A stretch of 63,856 nt of DNA, filler included. It is 6 parts of 6 records of this genome, joined end to end, with 100 filler letters (N's around TTAATTAATTAA, not from the genome) between each part and the next. Parts side by side here need not be neighbours in the genome. Positions count along the whole stretch, not along the records: positions 10,659 to 24,645 come from SRR31147125_32285; 5 more parts are not named here. One strand, written 5' to 3'. Position 1 is the stretch's first letter, and the number at the start of each line of letters is the position of its first letter. The position numbers and the translations under genes are program-made. Below the pieces are notes generated by a model. That model was not told where the DNA came from. It saw only the letters and a program-made list of their open reading frames with translations, and did no database searches. Below, piece after piece: positions 10,659-19,790 of the stretch.

Positions 10659-13064
10659 AAAAGTCAGTCAGATTCAGAGGGTAAAGCGGAACTCTCCGTT
10701 CTTTTTCTGGGTGTCTCTGTTGAAGCAAAAATGGATGTGGGTCTATTACCGGCCGATGAATTATCACAAGCGCAATTGACGATTACCATAAAAGAGAGCA
10801 GCAGTCGAAAGGCGGTGAGTGGCGCTCCTGTTTCATTAGCTGCTATCTATGGTACTATACCAAATAAAATCACAACAAATGATCAGGGTATTGCTTCAGC
10901 CTCACTGACTTCATCAGACAAGGCTGTCATTGATTCTATTTTTATTGAATACGGAGATCTGATATCTAAAGCTCTGTCAATACAATATGCCTTGCCCAGG
11001 TTGTCAATATCTCCCAATGCTGCTTTATTGCCGATCGGCGGGACAAGTAAGCAGATGTTTACGGCAACTCTGATATCAACCCAAAATACACCCATTCCTG
11101 AGGCTCTTATAAGTTTTGAAACATCCAATGGAACCATCTCTCCTTCCAGCGCAAAAACCGACGCGGAAGGAAAAGCCCAGGCAGAACTTCGAAGTGGCGC
11201 TAATTCAGATTCAAGTGTTTTTGTGATTGCCAGATTTCACGAGTTGGCTGATACGGCAATGGTGAAATTTATAGATGATTCCGGAACCTCGCAAGGAAGT
11301 GGCTTATCCATTGAAGGAGTACAACAACTTTATCGTGATGGTATTACATCTACGGAGTTGGTTGTCACGGTTCTGGATGAAGACAATAATCCTATGAAAG
11401 ATGCTACTGTCTTTTTTAGCGCTTTATATGGAGAAATTGCTTCAACAGCAAGTACAGATCAATATGGGAAAATAAGGATTACATACACCCCTGATGTTGG
11501 AGAAACGGATGCCACTGATGAAATTACAGTGAGTCTTGGCACGATAAAATCGATCCATACCATCAATTTATTAGGTGTTACCATGCTTTTGAGCGCAAAG
11601 ACGGATTCTCTTCCAGCAGATGCCAGCTCTTCAACGGATATAGACGTGCAGTTAAAATTAACGTCATCCCAAACCGTTATAGAGGATGCACTAGTGCGTT
11701 TTAGTTCTGACTTTGGTTACATCGGCTCAAGTGCGACGACGAATAATCATGGCGTGGCAACGGCTGCACTTGTATCACCTTCCACACCAGGAGCTGCAAC
11801 TGTTACGGCAGAGTATGGAGGATTCAGGAAAAGTGTAAATATTCAATTTTATTTAAATTCGCCACAAAGTTTTGTTTTAACTTCAGAACCAAATTTTATA
11901 TGGGTCAAAGAAGCTGGGAACAAAGAACAAACAATCATTACAGCGACAGTACTGGGAATTCAGGGTCAACCAATTGCTCATGAAGTCGGTGTCAAATTTT
12001 ATCTTCAAAATGGCCCTGGTGGTGGAGAGGGATTTGTTTCGGGAGAAAGTGGTCCCGTAACCGAGACTATACCAATAGAAACCGTGAATGGTAAAGCCAG
12101 TATTGGATTTCGTGCTGGTACGAAATCAGGCACAGCAGAGATCCGTGCGGAATTGGTTGATCGGCCGGAAATCATGGCCAGAACTACGAATGTAACAATT
12201 CGTTCCGGTCCGCCTTATATCTGGATCGATCCTGCTGATCCGAGTAACGTGATTACTCACATGACTGTGACGCTCGAAGATTTCAACCTGGATGGATGGA
12301 ACAATGTCAGAGAATTTAAAGTGGGTATTTATGTTGGTGATAAATATAATAATCCTGTTGAACAGGGAACAACAGTTTACCTGACAAGTACGGCCGGTAT
12401 TATTACCACGGATATTACCACAGATGAAAGAGGACGAGGTACAGCCACCCTGAGTTCTGCGAATCCTCGACCTTATATTGAGCCGTATGATGGCACAGCT
12501 TTGGCACCGCATCGTATTCCGAATCCAAACCAACCGGAAATCATGTTACCCATTTCGATTATGGATTTCGAAGGGATGGAAGTGGAGGGCGTTAACAGAC
12601 CTGGTGATTATGGAGAAAATGATGGTGTCGCTGTTATCATGGGATCGACGCATGGCCGTGATCAAAATGGTAATGATGCAATCGTTTATCACACAAATAT
12701 GGCGGTTTTTAGTGGCCCGGTATTACCGGATGGCAGGTTTGATGTCACAGTTGAGGGCGCTATAGATACATTAAGAATAGGTGAAACAGCTCCAATAACA
12801 ATTCGGTTGTATGACTTGCACGGCAATCCTCCCGGAGCAGGTTCCTCTTTAAAAGCAAGTACCTCAGCGGGAAAAGTGTCGAATGAAAATTTAATGGCCA
12901 GTAAAGAAAATTACGGTTATGGTGTAACAGAGTATACAACGATCCTGTTAAATAATCTTGATCCTGTTGTGGATGAAGAGACAATGGCAGAAGTTTCTGT
13001 GGAATTTATTGGTAATTCTGTCAGGATCAGTAAATCTGTGTATGTATATTTAAGCAAAGAGTGA
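10659..13064 (+). CDS. Multi Ig-like (Big_1/invasin-type) domain surface protein, 5'-truncated
   Basis: Repeated ~95-aa beta modules with P..DA.V.F....G.I......TD..G.A...L pattern; frame open from the contig start. Confidence 0.8.
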   Translation, partial: KSQSDSEGKAELSVLFLGVSVEAKMDVGLLPADELSQAQLTITIKESSSRKAVSGAPVSLAAIYGTIPNKITTNDQGIASASLTSSDKAVIDSIFIEYGDLISKALSIQYALPRLSISPNAALLPIGGTSKQMFTATLISTQNTPIPEALISFETSNGTISPSSAKTDAEGKAQAELRSGANSDSSVFVIARFHELADTAMVKFIDDSGTSQGSGLSIEGVQQLYRDGITSTELVVTVLDEDNNPMKDATVFFSALYGEIASTASTDQYGKIRITYTPDVGETDATDEITVSLGTIKSIHTINLLGVTMLLSAKTDSLPADASSSTDIDVQLKLTSSQTVIEDALVRFSSDFGYIGSSATTNNHGVATAALVSPSTPGAATVTAEYGGFRKSVNIQFYLNSPQSFVLTSEPNFIWVKEAGNKEQTIITATVLGIQGQPIAHEVGVKFYLQNGPGGGEGFVSGESGPVTETIPIETVNGKASIGFRAGTKSGTAEIRAELVDRPEIMARTTNVTIRSGPPYIWIDPADPSNVITHMTVTLEDFNLDGWNNVREFKVGIYVGDKYNNPVEQGTTVYLTSTAGIITTDITTDERGRGTATLSSANPRPYIEPYDGTALAPHRIPNPNQPEIMLPISIMDFEGMEVEGVNRPGDYGENDGVAVIMGSTHGRDQNGNDAIVYHTNMAVFSGPVLPDGRFDVTVEGAIDTLRIGETAPITIRLYDLHGNPPGAGSSLKASTSAGKVSNENLMASKENYGYGVTEYTTILLNNLDPVVDEETMAEVSVEFIGNSVRISKSVYVYLSKE

Positions 13065-13326
13065 TTTATTAGATTTCAAAGAGTACTATACAATTTTAAA
13101 CACCCCACACCCACGAAAGCGTCCACGTTGAGTATTAGCGTGGGCGCTATATATTCTTTTTAGTTTATGTAATGACATGCATAAAATAGGAGTTGGGGTA
13201 TAGTTTGCAATAAAAGATGATAGAAATAAAAACCTTTAATGCTCTTTGCCGGATCTAGACAGTAAAAATTATGGATTTTTATTATTATAGTCAGATGAGC
13301 AATTTTCCAAATCACGGAGAATTGAT

Positions 13327-13800
13327 ATGAATGGTTCACAAACAATGCTTACGATTGCCGCAATTATGCTGTTTTCACTTTTGACCCTCAATGCAAATCG
13401 AACAGTATTAAATTCGGCTGTTTTAACATATTATTCTGAACGGGTGAATACGGCTACGTCCATCGCTGAAGAGCTTATCTCTCAAATTTCGGAAAAAGCA
13501 TTTGATAAAAGTACTGTTTCATCTGATGTTGATGATATAAACGATTTTACAGATCCCACAAAATTACAACGAGAAGCGGATTCCCTCTACAATGATATAG
13601 ATGATTACAATCATTTTAATACCACTGTTTCCACGACCAGATTAGGTGACTTTGACGCGAATGTGACTGTTTGTTATGTTAATCCAAATTCTCCGGATCA
13701 GGTTTCAACGAGCTGTACGAGAATGAAAAGAATAAAGGTGGAAGTAACAGGAACTTCACTGGTTCAACCTCTTATATTATACTTTTATGCAAGTTACTGA
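13327..13800 (+). CDS. Minor pilin-like protein (MshD/PilV-like)
   Basis: N-terminal hydrophobic helix, A.SIAEELISQI..KAFD, YNDIDDYN motif, C-terminal KRIKVEVT strand; GGAG RBS. Confidence 0.6.
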   Translation: MNGSQTMLTIAAIMLFSLLTLNANRTVLNSAVLTYYSERVNTATSIAEELISQISEKAFDKSTVSSDVDDINDFTDPTKLQREADSLYNDIDDYNHFNTTVSTTRLGDFDANVTVCYVNPNSPDQVSTSCTRMKRIKVEVTGTSLVQPLILYFYASY

Positions 13801-13811
13801 GGAGGTCACAG

Positions 13812-14342
13812 TTGGGTAATTTAGATTTAACTGGCTCGTTTGTTATTGGTGGAATTTTATTACTTGCCATGGTAACAGCGCAATTTCATTTTAACAATTC
13901 TATGCAATCCACCAATTTGAATGAAATAAACCAAATAACGGCCACAGAATTTGGCCGGATCATTGAATATGATTTTAAAAATTTAGGATACCGTGTATCT
14001 ACGGGAGATAAAATACAAAATCTTGGTTCATCCAACATTCGTTTTTTAACGGATTTGAACAATGATGGTGTTGTTGATAGTGTGAGTTATTATACGACTG
14101 ATGATAGATCCACTTTAAAATTGGTGCGCAGGACAACCCTTGATCAATCCGGAGAATTTAAAATGGATATTGCCGGTTTTACTATTCAGGCTTTTGATTC
14201 AACAGGTAATAACACCCTGAATCGATCCCTGGTTTCCAGTTTGCAGATTGATTTACGATTACAAAAAGATTTTGACGTAAAGAACGAAGGAAACGCTATA
14301 GGAGTATCCTGGAGTCGTAGATTCAGGCTTGAAAATTTATAA
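13812..14342 (+). CDS. Minor pilin-like protein (PilW/MshO-like)
   Basis: Hydrophobic N-helix, IEYDFKNLGY, I.F.TDLNNDG.VDSVSY, L.R; GGAGG RBS, TTG start. Confidence 0.55.
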   Translation: MGNLDLTGSFVIGGILLLAMVTAQFHFNNSMQSTNLNEINQITATEFGRIIEYDFKNLGYRVSTGDKIQNLGSSNIRFLTDLNNDGVVDSVSYYTTDDRSTLKLVRRTTLDQSGEFKMDIAGFTIQAFDSTGNNTLNRSLVSSLQIDLRLQKDFDVKNEGNAIGVSWSRRFRLENL

Positions 14343-14373
14343 TTACTGTTTACTTTTATAAGGCAGGTTATAT

Positions 14374-15507
14374 ATGGGAAGAGTTTTAATACTTCTCACA
14401 GTTGCGATGACGGGTTTGTTTGGTACAACAAACCTGAATATAATGCAAAGCAATACCAGAATGTTGAGTAATTCTGTACAGGAATATAGCAGAGTACAAG
14501 CCAGGCAATTGGCCGCTAGTGGCATACAATTAGGCATTATGCACCTTTTTCAGGATACCACATGGAGTGGTGTGAATAATATCAACATGGGCGGTGGAAC
14601 ACTTGATGTAACGGTTCAAAATACCCGTAGCAGGTATGTCGACAATGTCAATATGAATGAGAATGGGAAAAGGATTACATCTACGGGAACAGTTGATCAA
14701 CAAAGCATAACGAGTTATGCTGTTGTTCAGTTTCCACTTGTACAGACTGCACCTCCGTTTCTACGTTATGCTCTTGCATCTGATGGTGATTTGGATTTGG
14801 GGGGTAATATTGATGTTTCTATTCAAGATGATCTCAATGATAGCTTGAATACAAATGTTCATACAAATCATAACTTAAAAGTTAATGGAAGTAGTAAAGT
14901 TAGTGGCTTTGGTACCTATTCCGGATCAATCTCCTTGTTACCCAATGATGAAGAAAGATTTTTTGAACCAGCCTATAATCCTGGCGGACTACCCCTGACG
15001 AAACAAAATCCAGAAATTGAAATCCCTGGCTTTGATCCTAATGAATATTTAGGCATCGCTACACAAATTACCCATGGTAACCTAACTTTGAGTGGCAATC
15101 AATCGTTAGGTACCTCTGAAAATCCGAAAATATGGTATATTGACGGTGATTTGCAATTAAGTGGACAAGTATCCGGTTATGGGGTTTTTATTGTAACAGG
15201 GGATATTCAAATTACAGCAAACACGACTATAACGGCTATGGATCCACTGGGCAACAATCTTGGACTTTACTCTGGGAGTAATATAGATGTCGCTGGTAAT
15301 GCGAGTATTGAGGCGCAAATGTTTGCTGCTAATAATGTTGTTTTAAGAGGCAATAACGATCTGGTTGGTATGGCGTCAGCTGGCAATCAGATCGATATTC
15401 AAGGTAATGTTGATGTCCATTATAGACCCGTTTCAAACAATTTAACAGCACCCTTTTGGCAGTCTTATGATCTTTTAAGACCCAGGATAGTATCTTATTA
15501 TCAATAA
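14374..15507 (+). CDS. PilX/MshP-like N-terminal domain with C-terminal beta-helix-like domain
   Basis: QARQLAASGIQLGIMHL and ITSTGTV PilX-like motifs; Gly/Asn-rich repeats (GNLTLSG, GDLQLSG, GDIQITAN). Confidence 0.6.
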   Translation: MGRVLILLTVAMTGLFGTTNLNIMQSNTRMLSNSVQEYSRVQARQLAASGIQLGIMHLFQDTTWSGVNNINMGGGTLDVTVQNTRSRYVDNVNMNENGKRITSTGTVDQQSITSYAVVQFPLVQTAPPFLRYALASDGDLDLGGNIDVSIQDDLNDSLNTNVHTNHNLKVNGSSKVSGFGTYSGSISLLPNDEERFFEPAYNPGGLPLTKQNPEIEIPGFDPNEYLGIATQITHGNLTLSGNQSLGTSENPKIWYIDGDLQLSGQVSGYGVFIVTGDIQITANTTITAMDPLGNNLGLYSGSNIDVAGNASIEAQMFAANNVVLRGNNDLVGMASAGNQIDIQGNVDVHYRPVSNNLTAPFWQSYDLLRPRIVSYYQ

Positions 15508-15690
15508 AATGCGTGTTTTTGAAAAGTAACGGAATCATCCTTCCTGTATTTTTATAATCCTTCACATTTTTATAACTATCTTACCATTTAAAGCTCGCTT
15601 CCATACCTTATATCTGGACTGTTCCATAAAGTGTAGATGAAAGTGTGCTTTCCATCATTTTATTTTCCATTCAGCTGTAGAGTTATCAAT

Positions 15691-15743
15691 TTCTCAAAAT
15701 GAGAATTATTCGCATAATGATTTAATAATTCTCAAAATGTGTT
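15691..15743. promoter_or_regulatory. Three tandem palindromic sites, putative enhancer-binding-protein UAS
   Basis: TTCTCAAAATGAGAA (15691), TTCGCATAATGATTT (15709), TTCTCAAAATGTGTT (15729), 100-150 bp upstream of a sigma54 motif. Confidence 0.55.
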
Positions 15744-15841
15744 TTTTATCTAAAATATCGTTTTGATTTAAACTGTTATAATGCAGTGTAACTTATTGTT
15801 ATTATTTCGCTAACTTGTTGTGAGTCAACCGATTGAAAAGA

Positions 15842-15856
15842 TGGCACACTATCTGC
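15842..15856 (+). promoter_or_regulatory. sigma54 (-24/-12) promoter
   Basis: TGGCAC-ACTAT-CTGC, correct GG-N10-GC spacing, 57 nt before the EPS operon start. Confidence 0.7.
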
Positions 15857-15913
15857 CTAGTATTAGGGTGAAAGTAGATATGGAACGACCGACTGAAAAA
15901 ATGGAGAATATCC

Positions 15914-17338
15914 TTGTCAGAACAACCATTAGAAAATAGCCAAACAAATCAAGCAGATTATTTACGGAATTTAATCCGGATTTTATTTAAAAGAAAACAA
16001 ATTATTTTGGTTTTCTTTTTCACAATAGTCGGATTGTCTGTTCTTATTAATTTGATTGTACCATCCTCTTTCAAATCAAGTGCAAAGATTGTTGTCATGA
16101 GAGAAGTGGATACTGAAAAAGCCATGCTTTTAAACATGAGCTACAACCGGGCGTCTGACGATTATGCATGGATTAATTCCGAAGTTGAGACAATTAAAAG
16201 TTATCCCGTTGCTTTAAGAGTTTTGGAAAAAAGTAATACAGATCTTAATAGTGAATCGGGGGAATTTACAAGCAACGAAAAAACAAGCAAAGCCGTTAGA
16301 AAATATCAAAAAAAACTTGGTGTTCAAACGGGTAGAAACAGTAATATTATCGAAATTTCTTTTAAGGATAAAGATCCTCATATTGCACAACAAACGGTAA
16401 AAAATATTATCAATGCCTATATCGATTATCGTTTAGAGGTTTATTCAGATTCAGAATCATATAGATTTCTTGAAGAGCAAATGAATGTCGCTGATGCCAA
16501 GTTAAGAGACCTGGAAAAACAACAGGCAGATTTTAAAGAGGACCAGGAAATGATTTCCCCACAAGCACAACGAGAGATCATGATTGCCAAACTGGGTGAA
16601 TATGAGAAGAATTTAACGGCTGTAAAAACTAAACGTATTGGTAGGGAAGCCAAGCTTAAAGTTATAGAGAAACAGTTAGAAAATGGCGAGACAACAAACA
16701 TTCCATCCACCGAGTCCAGCGACAGTCCAAGCCGTGAAAAATACATAGCAAATCTAAAAGGTGAGCTGCTCGCACTTGAAATTGAAAGAGAACAGTTATT
16801 AGCAAAATACAAACCAGAATCAAAGGAAATTCAGACTATAAATACACAAATATCTGCAACAAAGAATAAAATCACCAAAGAAATTCAACAAATTGTAACA
16901 CTGGAAAAAACATCTATTAATGCCATGAAGGCAGAAGAATCCGTCCTCAGATATACAATAAAGAAAATCAATAGTCAGATACGAAATTTTGTCCAAAAAG
17001 AATACGAACTCAATCAACTTAGTCGTGGAATTGAAGATAACCATGAAATTTATTCCATGCTGTTAAAACAAAGAGAAGAGGCTCGTTTATCACTGGCCAA
17101 AGAGGAACGAGGTGTCAAGGTGAAAGTTATAAGTCCTGCTATTGTGCCTCTCGATCCTGTTGCACCTCGAAGAAAATTAAATGTGATATTATCGACCATG
17201 TTTGCCGGATTCCTGGCCTTAAGTCTTGCATTAGTAAGAGAGTATTTTGATAACTCGATTGACTCACCCGAGAAATTGGAAAGTTATACCGGGCTTACAT
17301 GTTTAGGTTCAGTGCGCGAATTGGATGTTAAGAATTAG
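15914..17338 (+). CDS. Polysaccharide co-polymerase / chain-length determinant (GumC/Wzc N-terminal part)
   Basis: Two TM helices flanking coiled coil; SNIIEISFKDKDP, VISPAIVPLDPVAPRRKLN motifs. Confidence 0.88.
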   Translation: MSEQPLENSQTNQADYLRNLIRILFKRKQIILVFFFTIVGLSVLINLIVPSSFKSSAKIVVMREVDTEKAMLLNMSYNRASDDYAWINSEVETIKSYPVALRVLEKSNTDLNSESGEFTSNEKTSKAVRKYQKKLGVQTGRNSNIIEISFKDKDPHIAQQTVKNIINAYIDYRLEVYSDSESYRFLEEQMNVADAKLRDLEKQQADFKEDQEMISPQAQREIMIAKLGEYEKNLTAVKTKRIGREAKLKVIEKQLENGETTNIPSTESSDSPSREKYIANLKGELLALEIEREQLLAKYKPESKEIQTINTQISATKNKITKEIQQIVTLEKTSINAMKAEESVLRYTIKKINSQIRNFVQKEYELNQLSRGIEDNHEIYSMLLKQREEARLSLAKEERGVKVKVISPAIVPLDPVAPRRKLNVILSTMFAGFLALSLALVREYFDNSIDSPEKLESYTGLTCLGSVRELDVKN

Positions 17339-17376
17339 AAACCAAGGGATATTTTGTTTCGGATTGAAAAGAATTA

Positions 17377-18516
17377 TTGAAAAAAAGTGAGTACTGGAAA
17401 AATATTTTAAACACGTGGAGGCGATCCTTGTTATTTCATATAGAAGATAATCAAACAGTTATTCAGGATCTTGATAGTAACACAGAACAAAACAAGGTGG
17501 AAGAAGCACCACAGTCAACACAAACACAGAGAGGATCGGATACACTTTTGGAGGATGTTGACTATACTGAAACAAAACCAGATGAAGAAATTAAAGATCA
17601 ACCTGATAAGTCGCAGGATGACTCCAACGAAGATGAGGATTATCAATATTTAGAACATTACTGTAATGATTTAGAGGAGGAAGATTCATCTGATCAGGAT
17701 GAGAGATCGATTGTTGTTCATGAAAGGGAATTGGAACGAAAAAGTATTATTAATGACGAGATAACATATGAAACAAAAGGGATACTGGAACAACACCATT
17801 CCGGTCTATATTCTGATCAGGAAGGATTAAATGAATTTTTGAACGATGCTTTTAAAATAGTGTCAAGCCTTAATTCAATGAAAAGAGAAAATAAGATCAT
17901 TGGGATCACAAGTGCTGTACCCGGTGAAGGGAGTTCCACTATGGCCAGTGTTTTGGCAACCTTATCCTCTGGAATGCAATCAGGGATTGGTGGACGAATT
18001 AATCAAGATAAGACAATGGATGTACAGGATGGTCACTATGAAAAAACAGATTCCGGGATTCTTTTGATCGATTCACAAACGCATAATCCCTCTTTGCATC
18101 AAAAGTTCGGTGTTAAACCCGCTCCTGGTTTAACTGATCTTATACACAACATGTTACCCTTTCAATTTGTTGTCAACAAGGTGTCACCTTCTCTTAAACT
18201 GATGACTGTAGGTCAGCTTAATAATATTTCATTTACTTCTTCAGAGATTGAAAAATTTTCTTTTCTATTGGATTATGCCCGGTTTCAGTTTGAAACCGTA
18301 TTTATAGACATCCCTGCTATTCTTGAATATCCGGAAGGATTGGTTCTAAGCCAAATGTGTGATGCTGTTATACTTGTTGTTCAAGCCGGGAAAACAAAAT
18401 GGAAAGTTGTTGAGGAGGCCAAAAATCGCTTGGAAAGATCCCAGGTAAAGATTTTGGGTGGAGTTTTAAACAGGCGAAACTTTTTCATACCTGATTGGCT
18501 GTACAAAAAAATATGA
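17377..18516 (+). CDS. CpsD/CapB-family tyrosine kinase-like protein with acidic N-terminal extension
   Basis: ITSAVPGEGSST, LLIDSQ..NPSLH, VFIDIP, CDAVILVVQAGKT, ILGGVLNRR. Confidence 0.82.
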   Translation: MKKSEYWKNILNTWRRSLLFHIEDNQTVIQDLDSNTEQNKVEEAPQSTQTQRGSDTLLEDVDYTETKPDEEIKDQPDKSQDDSNEDEDYQYLEHYCNDLEEEDSSDQDERSIVVHERELERKSIINDEITYETKGILEQHHSGLYSDQEGLNEFLNDAFKIVSSLNSMKRENKIIGITSAVPGEGSSTMASVLATLSSGMQSGIGGRINQDKTMDVQDGHYEKTDSGILLIDSQTHNPSLHQKFGVKPAPGLTDLIHNMLPFQFVVNKVSPSLKLMTVGQLNNISFTSSEIEKFSFLLDYARFQFETVFIDIPAILEYPEGLVLSQMCDAVILVVQAGKTKWKVVEEAKNRLERSQVKILGGVLNRRNFFIPDWLYKKI

Positions 18517-18554
18517 TTACTGCATTCTATGATTATAGCATCTTGGAGGAGATA

Positions 18555-19790
18555 ATGGCTTTTCTTAATTTCAAAACACGACGAACCCACGATATACAAA
18601 AGGAAATGAATAATCGCTCTATGCAAGTTGGTAGTAATATATATTCGGCCCCCGAATTTCGGAGAACCCTTAAACGTGAAATGGCTCGCGTTGAAAGAAG
18701 TGAAATGACTTTTTCTTTGGTTGTTTTTAATACAAGTTCACAAAATAATAAGAGGCTGTGGAATTTAATTCATTTACTCATGAACAGAATTCGCATTACA
18801 GATATGATTGGTTGGCTTAATGATCATGATGTAGCTGTTTTTTTACCTGAAACACCATATGAAGGTGCTGTCAAATTTGCAGAGGATATTTCTTGTACTG
18901 TTTCAGAGAGCCAATATCCATTTCATTATCGTGTCTATACATATCCTGTTGACAATGAGCATAATCGTAATGGTGAGTTACGAAGTTTGGTTGACTTTGG
19001 TTTGGTGAATAATAATTCCGTTTTTTTTCGTGTCTCCTCAATAGGGAATTATAATGGATATAATAATTCTCATGTGAGAAGCGAATACGAGTCAAATGTA
19101 CATCAATTGGTTCCTGCGGCGAGTGAGTTAAGAGGCATTTTTCAATATTCTATACCTCTGTGGAAAAGAATGATTGATATCGTTGGTTCTCTGATTGCTC
19201 TTGTCTTTTTTTCTCCCGTTTTTTTTATTATCGCTGCATACATTAAAATGGTTTCCAGAGGCCCTGTTTTGTTTAAACAAGAGCGTGTCGGTTTTAATGG
19301 AGAAAAATTTATTCTATGGAAATTTCGAACGATGCAGGTGAATGCTGATGTCAACACTCATAAAAATCATATAGTTGATATTTTAAAGAATAATGCACCT
19401 ATGAAAAAATTGGATTTGAGTGACGATGCGAGAATTATACCACTTGGGAAAATACTTCGCCAGTCTTGCCTTGATGAGTTACCACAATTAATAAATGTGC
19501 TAAAAGGTGAAATGAGTCTTGTCGGGCCACGTCCCTGTCTGCCTTACGAAGCAGAAGAATTTGAATTATGGCACAAGAGGAGATTTGATGTTTTGCCAGG
19601 AATGACCGGCTATTGGCAGGTAAATGGCAAGAACAAGACCACTTTTAAGGAAATGATGCGCCTGGATATAGAGTACGTAAAGAACAACTCGTTAATGTGT
19701 GATGTGAAGATTTTATTAAAAACTATACCAGCTATTTTTGAACTCGTTTTAGATGGAACTTTAAGAAAAGGGAGAAAAAGTTATGCCTGA
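18555..19790 (+). CDS. Priming sugar transferase (Bac_transf/WcaJ-like) fused to a degenerate GGDEF-like domain
   Basis: C-terminal KR.IDI...KFRTM...LDELPQLINVLKGEMSLVGPRP...PGMTGYWQV; N-terminal RE.AR..R....FSLVVF...RIRITDMIGW.....AVFLPET..EGA..FAE.I; GGAGGAG RBS before 18555. Confidence 0.85.
   Translation: MAFLNFKTRRTHDIQKEMNNRSMQVGSNIYSAPEFRRTLKREMARVERSEMTFSLVVFNTSSQNNKRLWNLIHLLMNRIRITDMIGWLNDHDVAVFLPETPYEGAVKFAEDISCTVSESQYPFHYRVYTYPVDNEHNRNGELRSLVDFGLVNNNSVFFRVSSIGNYNGYNNSHVRSEYESNVHQLVPAASELRGIFQYSIPLWKRMIDIVGSLIALVFFSPVFFIIAAYIKMVSRGPVLFKQERVGFNGEKFILWKFRTMQVNADVNTHKNHIVDILKNNAPMKKLDLSDDARIIPLGKILRQSCLDELPQLINVLKGEMSLVGPRPCLPYEAEEFELWHKRRFDVLPGMTGYWQVNGKNKTTFKEMMRLDIEYVKNNSLMCDVKILLKTIPAIFELVLDGTLRKGRKSYA

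Noticed and set aside
13194..13209. sigma54-like motif TGGGGT-ATAGT-TTGCA upstream of the pilin-like trio
   Set aside because: Spacing is right but the -24 box is poor and no upstream palindromes were evident; not supportable
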